Origin: a virus
Taxonomy: Duplodnaviria; Caudoviricetes
Length of the DNA: 64,000 bases
Reading direction: 5' to 3' (one strand)
Virus record (IMG/VR): IMGVR_UViG_3300023115_000018
Span: 1 to 64,000 of that record
Part shown: piece by piece, positions 36,301 to 45,393 of the stretch
Layout: each line of letters opens with the position of its first letter
How positions within the stretch are numbered: position 1 is the first letter of the stretch
Position numbers and translations under genes: made by a program
The notes under the pieces: generated by a model
Databases searched by the model: none
The model's input: the letters and a program-made list of their open reading frames with translations, nothing else
Told to the model about the DNA's origin: nothing

Positions 36301-38931
36301 GCACTATCTACTTTACCAACAAACTCTTTGAAATACACAAGAGATAATTTACAAAGTACTCCATTATCATATTATGCAGACCTTCCATCAAGTGGTGCAA
36401 ATATTGTAAGTGCATTGGTTGAAAAATTCCCAATTAATACTTACTGGTTCGAATCATCAGGATTAGGAGAATTGCATTTCTTTAATAATGATGGTGGAGA
36501 CGGCGGTTCTTCGTGGCATGGTTCTGGTACAAGAGTTGCACCTGAGTTTCCAACAAATGGAAGTCCATCAGAACCAAATCCAGTATATGGATCTGGTGGT
36601 GCAGCTGGCCAACATGGTATGAGATATTATAGTAGTACATCGAAAAGTGCTACTATTGGTGGACAGGCAGCTGCAAGTGGATTCTTTGGTGACTTTATGG
36701 TATCGCCCGGCGATATTGTTGATATTAAAGTCGGTAGAGGCGGACAATCAAATCAGACCTCATACTTAGATTTGGTGCCTGGCAGTCAAACTCAAGAAGG
36801 TACATATGAATCTAACTCAGGAGATGGTGGAGATGGTGTAGTTGTTGTATTTGGTTCTAAAGGAAATGACTACACAAAAATCTCGAAGCCTGGCATAGCA
36901 CTGATTGATGATAGGGGTGCAGTTGTTATGTACTCTGTTGCGAATGTATCTTGTGAAGGAAACCAAGAGTTAACTGGTTCAATTTCTTCAAAAGAAATAC
37001 TTTTATTCGGACAAGGAAAACAGTATTACTTGGTGCATACTTTCCAATTGCAGAAAAACGGAACACAAAAATACCGTGTATATTTATGTCAAAATGGAGA
37101 ACATTACGCAAAAGTAGAAAGAAGTGGCACTGCGCCTGGCCCATTCTTTAGTCCCCAACCACCAGCTGGATATCTTCCATCCGTACAAATAACTACAGAT
37201 CCAGTACAGGCGCCAGATGAATATGTTGTCACTGGTGCAAAGAGAAGTGACATTGATAATGATATTCAAAGTCCAGACCCATGGCCGATTAGAAAATGTA
37301 CGGTTACATTTGAAACTACTCGACAAGCTAGTTATGAAAACACAATGACATTTACTAATATTGGTAGTGGTGGTATTGGCCCGTCATCAATCGTATTTGG
37401 CACTAATGCTAGTACACAGACATTTACATTGAGTGAAGATGATGTCTATGTTTTACGTTCCTCTGGATTGCAAAGTAACAGAGCATCATCAATGACAACA
37501 AGAGTGATTGATGATGGAAGGTCACACCAAACCACAACTGGTGGTTCAACTTCTGACGGACGGCCGACAGGTACTCTTAAAAATAAACAATTTCCAGATT
37601 ATTTACATTCTGGTAACTGTGATGAACCCCCTACAGGTGGTACATCTGTTTTTGCCGTGCTAAGACAGGAAGGTCAACGCACTATGTATTATATTAAATG
37701 GGGAACAGATGTGATTAAAGGTGATGGTGTTAGTTTTGGAACTGTCGCCAACAGCGATAATACTCTTTCTTCATATGGATTTGTTTCCGCTATCGAAAAT
37801 AACCCCTACAGTAACTATTCATGGGATATAAATTGGGAAGGATCGTGGTCTTTTGACAACGACAGTAGAAGTACAGAAAGTATAGATTATAATGGATGGC
37901 GCTATCATAGGGATCCAAGCAATCGCATTGCCACTTGTACTAAGACTGCTGGGGGTAATACCATAACATATGAAATATGGGGAATATTCAGAAAAGAACT
38001 GCCGGGTGGGGCCTCGACAACTGAAAACAACAATAATAGTTGGACTACACTTGAAATGGATGACGGTGTTGATAGTGATTATACTGATTTGAGAGTTACG
38101 CCTTCGCCTATGGGTAACTTCTATGTAGAGGGTGGACTAACTCATTTCTCATGTTTCTCTTTGGGGGGAACTGGTACTGGAACAACTTGGACTCGCCCAC
38201 CGCCTGCAGACACAGGTGGTGGCGATAGCGGCGGCTCTTCTGGAGGAAGCACGGCACCCATAACAGTAGTTACAGATGGAAACGGAAATCCTGTTACAGA
38301 TGGAAACGGAAATCCAGTATATTCTGGTGGTGGTGGATGGGATGATAATAATAATGAACCGACATTTTCATCTCACTATGAACCATCAACTGGAACTGTA
38401 ACATATTTTGATAGTCCTATGACACATGATGAAATTCAATCCCTAAGGGCGGATCAGCCAGATGGTGTGTTCTCTACTGGAACAGGACAGACAGGGACAA
38501 TGATTGGCCCAACTAGAGATGACAACATTAGTGATTCTGGTGGTAGTGGTACTTCTGGACAGTCTGATAAGATTGTTTGTACTGAAATGTATAGACAAAC
38601 ACAACTAGATGATTGGAAAATTGCAATGAAGATTTGGGGATTGCATACAAAGACTCATTTGACTCAGTATCATCAAAGAGGTTATCATTTCTTATTCATG
38701 CCTTGGGTTAAAGGAATGAGAAAGAGTACCACCTTAACTAAGTCTGGTGGATGGTTGGCGCAAAGAAGAACACAACACTTAAAGTATATTTTAAGTAGAG
38801 ATGGTTATGCAGGACATTTAGGTATTGGTGAAAAAGAAAAAGACGATATTGTAGGAAGAATTTGGTGTACTGTGTGGCATCCAATTACTTTTGTAACTGG
38901 AAAAATTCTTTCAATATTTAGAGATAAATAG
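33310..38931 (+). CDS. Giant fibre-tip adhesin-like protein
   Basis: N-terminal GRLKMTHIVAEF..PHSLSEYYRGG..IKYSDFRG attachment motif, glycine-rich segments, internal repeats, KIVCT C-terminal domain. Confidence 0.65.
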   Translation: MAIPADGRLKMTHIVAEFKPVNNSAPHSLSEYYRGGGNVPDRFNNRNIPVGPRGRTIKYSDFRGTSDATLPYNILIPTICVEDAWKYMRLRDGTFMTRWDQINDNNTVYFTRNEELGSVRIDTPQDWEYVKLTIPAMSFKMGTEEGFEQVGYEQHWSNKVDNQQVFEAGDWKIRIPKGYRRLRILATGAGGSGSSQYIPGQPTVEDYVREGLVGTEDQGFDGEDTTITMPNNQKIKIFGGIGGKLSNATGESTTRSGETTDTLQTETGTVTLASGFSETDYAEGKYNGSYILEINNSNYQFYWQNQLLATSNDISEDVRDSSGWLYTSTSEVIDEDPQGTLKWYKISRVKSLEVSAEVTDRIYNSMLERNANATEKSRHVNSDTVVDVIRYIQGTRTGFVDVIAANPDFGPNTFGTPDGFRYLLAQASSLSTSTTTNIPNYSGTDTGTINTSGNLYQHKVYAENGTTANNNQTTTTTISNVVDNLLLTFEHLGDTTYAYNASFIFPIRTVRGTISSGFPALGEYVFTDTDGQNYYRGGRIGTTDESTEVTFTAWTAPTQTTEVTSTTANTPIAANSAATDSEFIVSSSGNFYYEYNAYLQNTTQSVRPELEIYVNGVRQVNYTGSSAPTLTGNQGEIRLASGRLNITNPDSTVRVVTDLKTVTTSTISPEIDGGGFSTLARSGTHDLPLGATGLPAGKGIFIWGHNFYKSAKLYTDTNGNVSVTHGSSSDPEKWFFMTTEEDAGQFTTAARSDTTRIFVGVHNAGKSVYVWGFNIFRSYTFSVDNDGYFSFMHPSSSDNEMWYYAIGKRGANFTTPDESGTYTLNLGPDYAGMEVLLWTKNFWGINGRNTPTATSPAPRHLVFDSEGKVELSHWSSSDDEQWYWCVTDGGAVSQPTGVGGISMNSFTLETSLDTDTIDKIYQKYVGRNSNIIDRDLFRQQNYTVFEGINYVVGTAEYAAQFGSTVTEPPVVIPGQGTIPRKSELISVTGGVATNRTYALSTLPTNSLKYTRDNLQSTPLSYYADLPSSGANIVSALVEKFPINTYWFESSGLGELHFFNNDGGDGGSSWHGSGTRVAPEFPTNGSPSEPNPVYGSGGAAGQHGMRYYSSTSKSATIGGQAAASGFFGDFMVSPGDIVDIKVGRGGQSNQTSYLDLVPGSQTQEGTYESNSGDGGDGVVVVFGSKGNDYTKISKPGIALIDDRGAVVMYSVANVSCEGNQELTGSISSKEILLFGQGKQYYLVHTFQLQKNGTQKYRVYLCQNGEHYAKVERSGTAPGPFFSPQPPAGYLPSVQITTDPVQAPDEYVVTGAKRSDIDNDIQSPDPWPIRKCTVTFETTRQASYENTMTFTNIGSGGIGPSSIVFGTNASTQTFTLSEDDVYVLRSSGLQSNRASSMTTRVIDDGRSHQTTTGGSTSDGRPTGTLKNKQFPDYLHSGNCDEPPTGGTSVFAVLRQEGQRTMYYIKWGTDVIKGDGVSFGTVANSDNTLSSYGFVSAIENNPYSNYSWDINWEGSWSFDNDSRSTESIDYNGWRYHRDPSNRIATCTKTAGGNTITYEIWGIFRKELPGGASTTENNNNSWTTLEMDDGVDSDYTDLRVTPSPMGNFYVEGGLTHFSCFSLGGTGTGTTWTRPPPADTGGGDSGGSSGGSTAPITVVTDGNGNPVTDGNGNPVYSGGGGWDDNNNEPTFSSHYEPSTGTVTYFDSPMTHDEIQSLRADQPDGVFSTGTGQTGTMIGPTRDDNISDSGGSGTSGQSDKIVCTEMYRQTQLDDWKIAMKIWGLHTKTHLTQYHQRGYHFLFMPWVKGMRKSTTLTKSGGWLAQRRTQHLKYILSRDGYAGHLGIGEKEKDDIVGRIWCTVWHPITFVTGKILSIFRDK
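38269..38315 (+). repeat. 24-bp tandem repeat (VTDGNGNP x2)
   Basis: GTTACAGATGGAAACGGAAATCC at 38269 and 38293. Confidence 0.85.
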
Positions 38932-38959
38932 TTGATAAAGTAATGAGAGAAAAAAATTA

Positions 38960-41011
38960 ATGGCACAGAGAAATATAGACCCAAACTACTTTCCCAATTT
39001 TGGAATATCTCGTCAAAGAAATTCGTTTACTTCTGTAATCGGCAACGGCGGCGTAAATAGTAATGATGGTAGTATTAGTGGTGGATTTATGGGCGTTCTT
39101 GCTGAAGATTTGGCGAGAGAGTGGCCATTATTCGCTGGTGAACCAATCGCCGGAAATGAATTAATTGATGAGACTCAGACTCTGGTTACAACTCAGGTAA
39201 CAAAACAATTTTTTAGTCAGATATCATTAAACCGCCCATCTTCTGCAAATGGTGGTGGTAGTGGTGTATACGCTGGTGTTGCAAACTTCAGTGAGGTTGG
39301 TGATGGAACCAATCCAGAGCAACATGTTATGATTTTTCAGACTACAAATCAAATTCTGCCTAAGTCTGGTGCAGTTGCGAGAGGTATTGATCAAAATTAT
39401 AGAATAAGATTTGAATTTGATCTTCGCCCACGTTTAATGGGTGCTGGTGTCGGTACAACTGGTGATAGAGAATTTAACAGTGAATTATATCAATTAAATC
39501 TTAGAATGGCATCACAAGGAAGACAACAATACAAAGAAGGAAATACCGTACTAGAGGCAGAGTATCAACCAGAATATCATCCAGGCTACAGTTATAATGG
39601 AATTTTAAATAGTGGTTGGGAAAGTACAGTCGGTATTCCAAATCCCATGTATGGATGGTTTAAGGTAAATGTAGGAACATCAAATCAAATTAGTACAGAT
39701 GGCACGATTTCAAATCCACAACTTACAACTGATGGATTAATTACATTGGAAAATGGTTCGACTGTTGATACTTCTATTATAAGAATGCCAGGAGAACTGG
39801 TAGACTTGCATTTTGATGATGTAACTATTACTGCAGATGTTGCGAATACAGGGCCATATTTTGTCTTTGGACAAAACACTGATACTGGTAACTATGGTAT
39901 TAATCAAGGATATTACTATCCAGTATACTTAGATAAGGCTGCAGCAGATCAGGCAGACATTGACGCTGGCGGAACAGGTTCTTCTACAGTTCATACTTTT
40001 ACAGAGTACCCACTTGCAACCTTCTACATACCAGATACAGGTTCTTCATTTAATCAGGCAGCCGCACCTTCTGGAACAGATTATAAGAAATATGTTAATA
40101 ACAGGTCGATTAGATTTAGAAATAAAAGAAAAGGTTATGGTTGGTTTAAAAGATTTCCAAAGATGAATGCAGAACTGCAGGGAACATATCCATTTTCATA
40201 TAGACTTACTATGACGGAAAAAGGTATCGTTCTTTACATGTATGATGATGCAGCTGCAGATCAGGCAGATGACTATTCATGGTTCTGTATTCAAAGAACA
40301 TCAAGTAATGAATCGGGACTTCCAAGAACTGACGAAGCGTCAAAATTTCCTGTTCATTGTATGTACTCTTGTTCTAGAGAAAGTTTTTATTCTTCTGATG
40401 CCGGAATTTACTTTTCTAATCAAGCAGCAAACCTACAGACTGCAGAAGATTTGGTTGATACAGTATTTGATGAAGCGGGAAATATATACAATTTATCAAA
40501 CATGGACAATTCAAAAACATTCTATATATTGAGTCCATACGATAGAGAAGACTATCTTGCGGATGAATGGCAAGCAAAAAATATTTGGAGATTTGTTGTA
40601 AGAGAATTTGATGTATTAAAACCAACTGATGTGCATAAATTTGCAACAAAACATCAGACAGATAGTAATGCAGTTATTAATCCATTAGAACAATTGGCCA
40701 TTACAGATGAAAATAGATTTATTATCACTTTCCCAACTGGACTTACGACACAAAGATATATGTATCCTAAAGAAGAGATGGATATGATTTGTTTTTCTTC
40801 TGCAGAAGTAGTAGCAGAATCTAGTAATGTACCAATGACAACATATCTATACAATGGTACTAATGTAGATAAAAGAAGATACCAAGGAATGCGTTCAACC
40901 ATGGCGTTTGGAAATGGAATGAGATTACTAGTCTTAGTAAATGGACAATACATCTTTAATAGTGATATCAATCTTGACACATATGACCCTGTAGGAACAC
41001 CAGCAGTATGA
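38960..41011 (+). CDS. Putative virion structural protein, paralogue family member 1
   Basis: Shares YRIRF, KVNVGT, PGEL, YPFSYRLT, PVHC.YS, RFVVRE.DVLKP, INPLEQL, GNGMR blocks with next two ORFs. Confidence 0.7.
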   Translation: MAQRNIDPNYFPNFGISRQRNSFTSVIGNGGVNSNDGSISGGFMGVLAEDLAREWPLFAGEPIAGNELIDETQTLVTTQVTKQFFSQISLNRPSSANGGGSGVYAGVANFSEVGDGTNPEQHVMIFQTTNQILPKSGAVARGIDQNYRIRFEFDLRPRLMGAGVGTTGDREFNSELYQLNLRMASQGRQQYKEGNTVLEAEYQPEYHPGYSYNGILNSGWESTVGIPNPMYGWFKVNVGTSNQISTDGTISNPQLTTDGLITLENGSTVDTSIIRMPGELVDLHFDDVTITADVANTGPYFVFGQNTDTGNYGINQGYYYPVYLDKAAADQADIDAGGTGSSTVHTFTEYPLATFYIPDTGSSFNQAAAPSGTDYKKYVNNRSIRFRNKRKGYGWFKRFPKMNAELQGTYPFSYRLTMTEKGIVLYMYDDAAADQADDYSWFCIQRTSSNESGLPRTDEASKFPVHCMYSCSRESFYSSDAGIYFSNQAANLQTAEDLVDTVFDEAGNIYNLSNMDNSKTFYILSPYDREDYLADEWQAKNIWRFVVREFDVLKPTDVHKFATKHQTDSNAVINPLEQLAITDENRFIITFPTGLTTQRYMYPKEEMDMICFSSAEVVAESSNVPMTTYLYNGTNVDKRRYQGMRSTMAFGNGMRLLVLVNGQYIFNSDINLDTYDPVGTPAV

Positions 41012-41050
41012 AGATAGTTTGAGAATTTACTAAAACAACAAAAAAATTTT

Positions 41051-41058
41051 TATAAATA
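41051..41058 (+). promoter_or_regulatory. T4-type late promoter
   Basis: Exact TATAAATA, AAGGAG RBS, ATG 41085. Confidence 0.82.
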
Positions 41059-41084
41059 TAAAGAAAAATACAAAGGAGATATGA

Positions 41085-44000
41085 ATGTCTATTGCCAGTG
41101 GATATAGCATACAAAGAAATGACATTATCGATGTCCCTCACCGCAGTCAAGTTGAATCACACAACGCACTGAGTGGGTCTAATACTTATTTTTTAAGATC
41201 AAAAGTTGATATTTCTGATAAGGATTGGGAGTGGGACATCAGAATTGGAGAAACACGTTTTTACCTTAACAGACGTTTTGGTAATAACTCCTTGGTGTCT
41301 GGAGTAACTGCAACTGATGCAGAATTATATAGAGATAAAGTTTATGTGGAAGGTAGTACTTCTGCAGGACAAGGTTCAATTAAATATGATTCTGCATTAG
41401 GAGAGTTCGGCGCAATTATTTTTGCCGACAACGTTAGTCCTATTTCTGGAGAAGTAATTGAAATCAAGTATATCGAACATGTTACACATTTCACAGGAAA
41501 TGATGGTGGACTTTTATTCCAACTGGCACACGATTTAACAGTTCATCCATTTGAATTCCCAGAAGTATTTAATTTAAATTTAAGTAGAGATGTAACTTTT
41601 GATACTGATGCAGATGGTACTCCTGGCAATGAAATTACCAGTGATTTTACAACAAGTGAAATTCTTAATGAAATTGACGCAGGAACTGGAAATCTTACTG
41701 CGTATCAACAAGTATTACCAGTCCAGTATAATAGAGATTATTCCGAAGATGGTACGCCAGCAGACCAATTAGTTGCTGGTAAACTTTGGAAAGTTGTAAG
41801 AGAACATAAAGTAGTTACAGAATTAAACTTGGGTTCGGGTGGTTCAACGCCGTTTGCAAATATTGACCCTGCTGACTCGAGCACATGGCCATCAATTATT
41901 GGTGATTTCCCACTTACAATTTCTGATCTTGGCTCTGGTGAATTTAGAGTTTCTTTGAATGGAAGAGTTTTACCGTCTGAAGATTGGATTGCGACTTCTA
42001 ATAATGTTTCAAGGTCAACTCTATTTAAATTTAAAAGAACAGAGGTAATGCCTTGGGTCGCAGACCTAAGTCAATGCGTGTTTACTATATCTTACCATTG
42101 GGGCAAGACAATTGATGTTCCGTATGGTGCATTAGTGGGGCCTGGCGGACTTGGCCCACAGCAAGAGACACTATCTGGTGGTGCAAATGATTATTCATGG
42201 CCAAAAAACAATGCAGTTGATACTGATTACTGGGCATATTCAAAAGCAACAACATCAGATGGAGAACCAACAGGTACTGCAGTAAATGGTTTCATTGCAA
42301 TTTTCTACGATCAAACAAATAATACTCCAAATATTACATCTGCGATTACTGCGTCTGGACAGAAAGATGAATTGGCAAGTACAGAAGAAGGCACATCTTG
42401 GATGCTTACATTCCAAGAAAATGATAACTTCCAAAGACCATTCGATTTGATATATCCTACTCCAGTTAGTAACGATAAAGAAGATGTTAAAGATGCATTG
42501 AGAAGAATTACAAATGGATTCTTAGTCGAGTCCAATAAAGGTGTCGATTTATTATCAGACACAAACTTAAGTTTTGCATCAAGCCTTTCTCCTTCTGCAG
42601 TTAGAAAACCACAGAAGTGGAGAATGAGATTCGAGTGGAATGATGATGAAAAATACTTAAAAGTAAATGTTGCAACTGCTTATCAATTAAAAGATGATTT
42701 TACGATTTCACAACCACAAGGTCGTGACGGTATTAAAAATCCTGTCTATAGAGAGCCTGGTGAATTGTGCGATGTGTATACCTCTCCAACGATCGGTAGA
42801 GGTGCAATCTTACAAATGAGTAAGGCAAAATCACAGTGGTTTAGAAAAACTCAAGTTGAAGACTCAATCTCAACAACATATCCAATGTCTTATAGACTTA
42901 CAGTTACAAACCATGGTTTGGGACTTTTCTTATTTGACCATGCATCAGTAGATCAAGACGATGACTACGCATGGTTGGTAGTACAGAGACATGTTGACCA
43001 AACAACTGGACAACCAGAGTTTACAGAAAAATCTCCAGTGCATTGTGTATATTCACCATGCAAACGTCCTGTAGATGTTTCAAGTCTAACACCATACTTT
43101 GCATCACAAGATTTGGATGATTTGAGTAAACCTGGCCCAATTCAAAACTCACTTGGACAAGTTTTCAGATCAGAAGCACCAACTATCTATGTTAACAGAG
43201 ATGGTGGACTATTCAATGGCATTGTCAATGCTATTGACTTTACTGCACTTGGATACGCAACTGGTGGTAATACACAAAACTCACTTGGTCAATTATATCA
43301 CACTGATGTAAGAGTAGATTTAACTAGAGGTTTTTCTAGTAATGCGATGGCAGAAAATCAAAATCTTTGGGGACAAACACTATACAGACTGCAAGTGGAT
43401 GTTACAAACTCGCCTGGCGCAATCGCAGGGGAAACTTTGACGCCTGGTAAATATATTTTGGAATCTGATGCACAAACAGGTGGTGGACGTATTGTTTCAT
43501 TTAACAAAACAAACGGAGAACTACTTGTTAGTGGTTGGTCTGCTGCAAATATTGTTGGAACAACACAGACATATGCGGCCGGCCCTCCAATTGTCCCTGC
43601 ACAGGGAACTATTGAAGAAGGAACATCTAGTTCTGGTGATGTTATGGTAGACTTTACAGCAAATCCATCAGGGACACCACAGTGGATTATTGTACCAACC
43701 GATGGACTTTCTGGTTCAACATGGGCAGAACAGATACTTGACCCAGTATTTGACCTTCAAATTCAAGGTTTTAACTCATTACCAAGAAGAAAAGATGTGG
43801 CACTTACTGCTGGGGCATCTGTTTCTCCCGCCGCACTTGAACAAGTTACATCGGGAACTCCAACAACTGCAACTACAGTATTAGAACATTATGACAGAAG
43901 TGGTTCTTTGTTAACTGCAACTACTCCTATTTCAGCTAATTATGTTCTTGGAAACACTGCAGGAATTTCATTCTCCGAAAATATTGCGTTTCCACAAAAC

Positions 44001-45299
44001 ATTATTGAAAGAATGTCTACATTTAGAGATGCATCTCAAAGTGGAACAGGTGTTCCTGCTGCAACAGAATCTGTTGGTTTGGTTGATTATAAAGAAGCGG
44101 ATTCTGCATTACTTGATATTCTATTTGGCTCTCCTGTCGGGAATATGGAAAAAGTTTTTGAATCTTTGGTTGTTGCATTGGATGATGTTGAGGTAATTAG
44201 AGATAGTAATGCATATATTTTAACTTATGAAGATTGGGTTAACAATGGAGATCCAAGTACAGTTCAAAGATTTATTGAATCTCTAGACGCTGCAGGGGTT
44301 GACACGCTTGGTGCAGACTTTAAATTCCCATCTGTAGATGGTAACTCTGTTGAGTGGAATAATAGTCAGGTTTCGCTTACAACTCCATATACAATTGATT
44401 CGGGAACTTCAAATAGTTCAACTGGAAGAAACTTTTTCTCGCAACATGCAGCAAATCCATCATCGCCAACTTTTAGTTTGACTAATACACAAGCAGTTAC
44501 GACAACTGGTAATTATCTATTGCAAAATAAGTTGCCAGGTGATCCTGTATTCTCCTCACCAAATACTTTGAGAAATGAATATATGTACGATTTCTTCAAT
44601 CATACATTTTATTTCAAAGTTGCTCCAAGGGCGGGTTCGGAATTGACAATTTCTATTATTAACTATGTTACTTCAAATCCTGCTCAGGGTGCATACATCA
44701 TAACTATTCCAGAGGATAGAGATTTCCCAGAAAGAAACATGAATGAAGTAAAAACAATCAATAGATTTGTTGTTAGAGAACAAGATGTATTAAAACCATG
44801 GGATTTCCACGTTTCTGCAACAATGCACGAAATTGATTCTCATGCTGTTATCAATCCGATGGAACAACTTTCTATCACACAAGATAGAAATTTTGTTTTC
44901 TCGTTCCCAACTCAGATAACAACTCAAAGATTCTATTATCCACAAAGTGAACTTGATATTATTTGTATTTCTTCTGCAGATTTCTCAACTCAGTCAGGAC
45001 ATGTAGAAATAAACAAATATGATGATTCGGATGGAGTAAACGAAGAATTTAGAGGTGGTTCTTTTGTTCCTGCCTCAATTTCTTTAACTTCTCCTAATGA
45101 AGTTACAAGATATGCAGGACATGAAGGCCCCGATGGGGTTAAGTATATTTGGAGAAAAAATGCCAGAAAGTATGAAGGAATGTCTGCAACATTACCGAAT
45201 GGAAATGGTATGAGAGTGTTTATGCAAGTTACTGGTTCTAGTATTAGATACAGTGATGTAACGCCTGGAACAGCGCCTGGGTCGACACTAGGAAGTTAA
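41085..45299 (+). CDS. Putative virion structural protein, paralogue family member 2
   Basis: Same conserved blocks separated by long unique inserts; own late promoter. Confidence 0.7.
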   Translation: MSIASGYSIQRNDIIDVPHRSQVESHNALSGSNTYFLRSKVDISDKDWEWDIRIGETRFYLNRRFGNNSLVSGVTATDAELYRDKVYVEGSTSAGQGSIKYDSALGEFGAIIFADNVSPISGEVIEIKYIEHVTHFTGNDGGLLFQLAHDLTVHPFEFPEVFNLNLSRDVTFDTDADGTPGNEITSDFTTSEILNEIDAGTGNLTAYQQVLPVQYNRDYSEDGTPADQLVAGKLWKVVREHKVVTELNLGSGGSTPFANIDPADSSTWPSIIGDFPLTISDLGSGEFRVSLNGRVLPSEDWIATSNNVSRSTLFKFKRTEVMPWVADLSQCVFTISYHWGKTIDVPYGALVGPGGLGPQQETLSGGANDYSWPKNNAVDTDYWAYSKATTSDGEPTGTAVNGFIAIFYDQTNNTPNITSAITASGQKDELASTEEGTSWMLTFQENDNFQRPFDLIYPTPVSNDKEDVKDALRRITNGFLVESNKGVDLLSDTNLSFASSLSPSAVRKPQKWRMRFEWNDDEKYLKVNVATAYQLKDDFTISQPQGRDGIKNPVYREPGELCDVYTSPTIGRGAILQMSKAKSQWFRKTQVEDSISTTYPMSYRLTVTNHGLGLFLFDHASVDQDDDYAWLVVQRHVDQTTGQPEFTEKSPVHCVYSPCKRPVDVSSLTPYFASQDLDDLSKPGPIQNSLGQVFRSEAPTIYVNRDGGLFNGIVNAIDFTALGYATGGNTQNSLGQLYHTDVRVDLTRGFSSNAMAENQNLWGQTLYRLQVDVTNSPGAIAGETLTPGKYILESDAQTGGGRIVSFNKTNGELLVSGWSAANIVGTTQTYAAGPPIVPAQGTIEEGTSSSGDVMVDFTANPSGTPQWIIVPTDGLSGSTWAEQILDPVFDLQIQGFNSLPRRKDVALTAGASVSPAALEQVTSGTPTTATTVLEHYDRSGSLLTATTPISANYVLGNTAGISFSENIAFPQNIIERMSTFRDASQSGTGVPAATESVGLVDYKEADSALLDILFGSPVGNMEKVFESLVVALDDVEVIRDSNAYILTYEDWVNNGDPSTVQRFIESLDAAGVDTLGADFKFPSVDGNSVEWNNSQVSLTTPYTIDSGTSNSSTGRNFFSQHAANPSSPTFSLTNTQAVTTTGNYLLQNKLPGDPVFSSPNTLRNEYMYDFFNHTFYFKVAPRAGSELTISIINYVTSNPAQGAYIITIPEDRDFPERNMNEVKTINRFVVREQDVLKPWDFHVSATMHEIDSHAVINPMEQLSITQDRNFVFSFPTQITTQRFYYPQSELDIICISSADFSTQSGHVEINKYDDSDGVNEEFRGGSFVPASISLTSPNEVTRYAGHEGPDGVKYIWRKNARKYEGMSATLPNGNGMRVFMQVTGSSIRYSDVTPGTAPGSTLGS

Positions 45300-45328
45300 A
45301 ATAAAATAAAATAATTACATAAACTGGG

Positions 45329-45362
45329 TATAAATACTTGAAACACTTTAAAGTTATAAATA
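45329..45362 (+). promoter_or_regulatory. Two tandem T4-type late promoters
   Basis: Exact TATAAATA at 45329-45336 and 45355-45362; AAGGAG RBS before ATG 45394. Confidence 0.8.
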
Positions 45363-45393
45363 TAAGAAAAAACATTCAAAGGAGAATTATTAG

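Noticed and set aside
39938-40270. AAADQAD occurring twice in ORF 38960
   Set aside because: Short (about 20 nt, imperfect), different contexts; second copy is part of the family DQ.DDY motif; probably coincidental.
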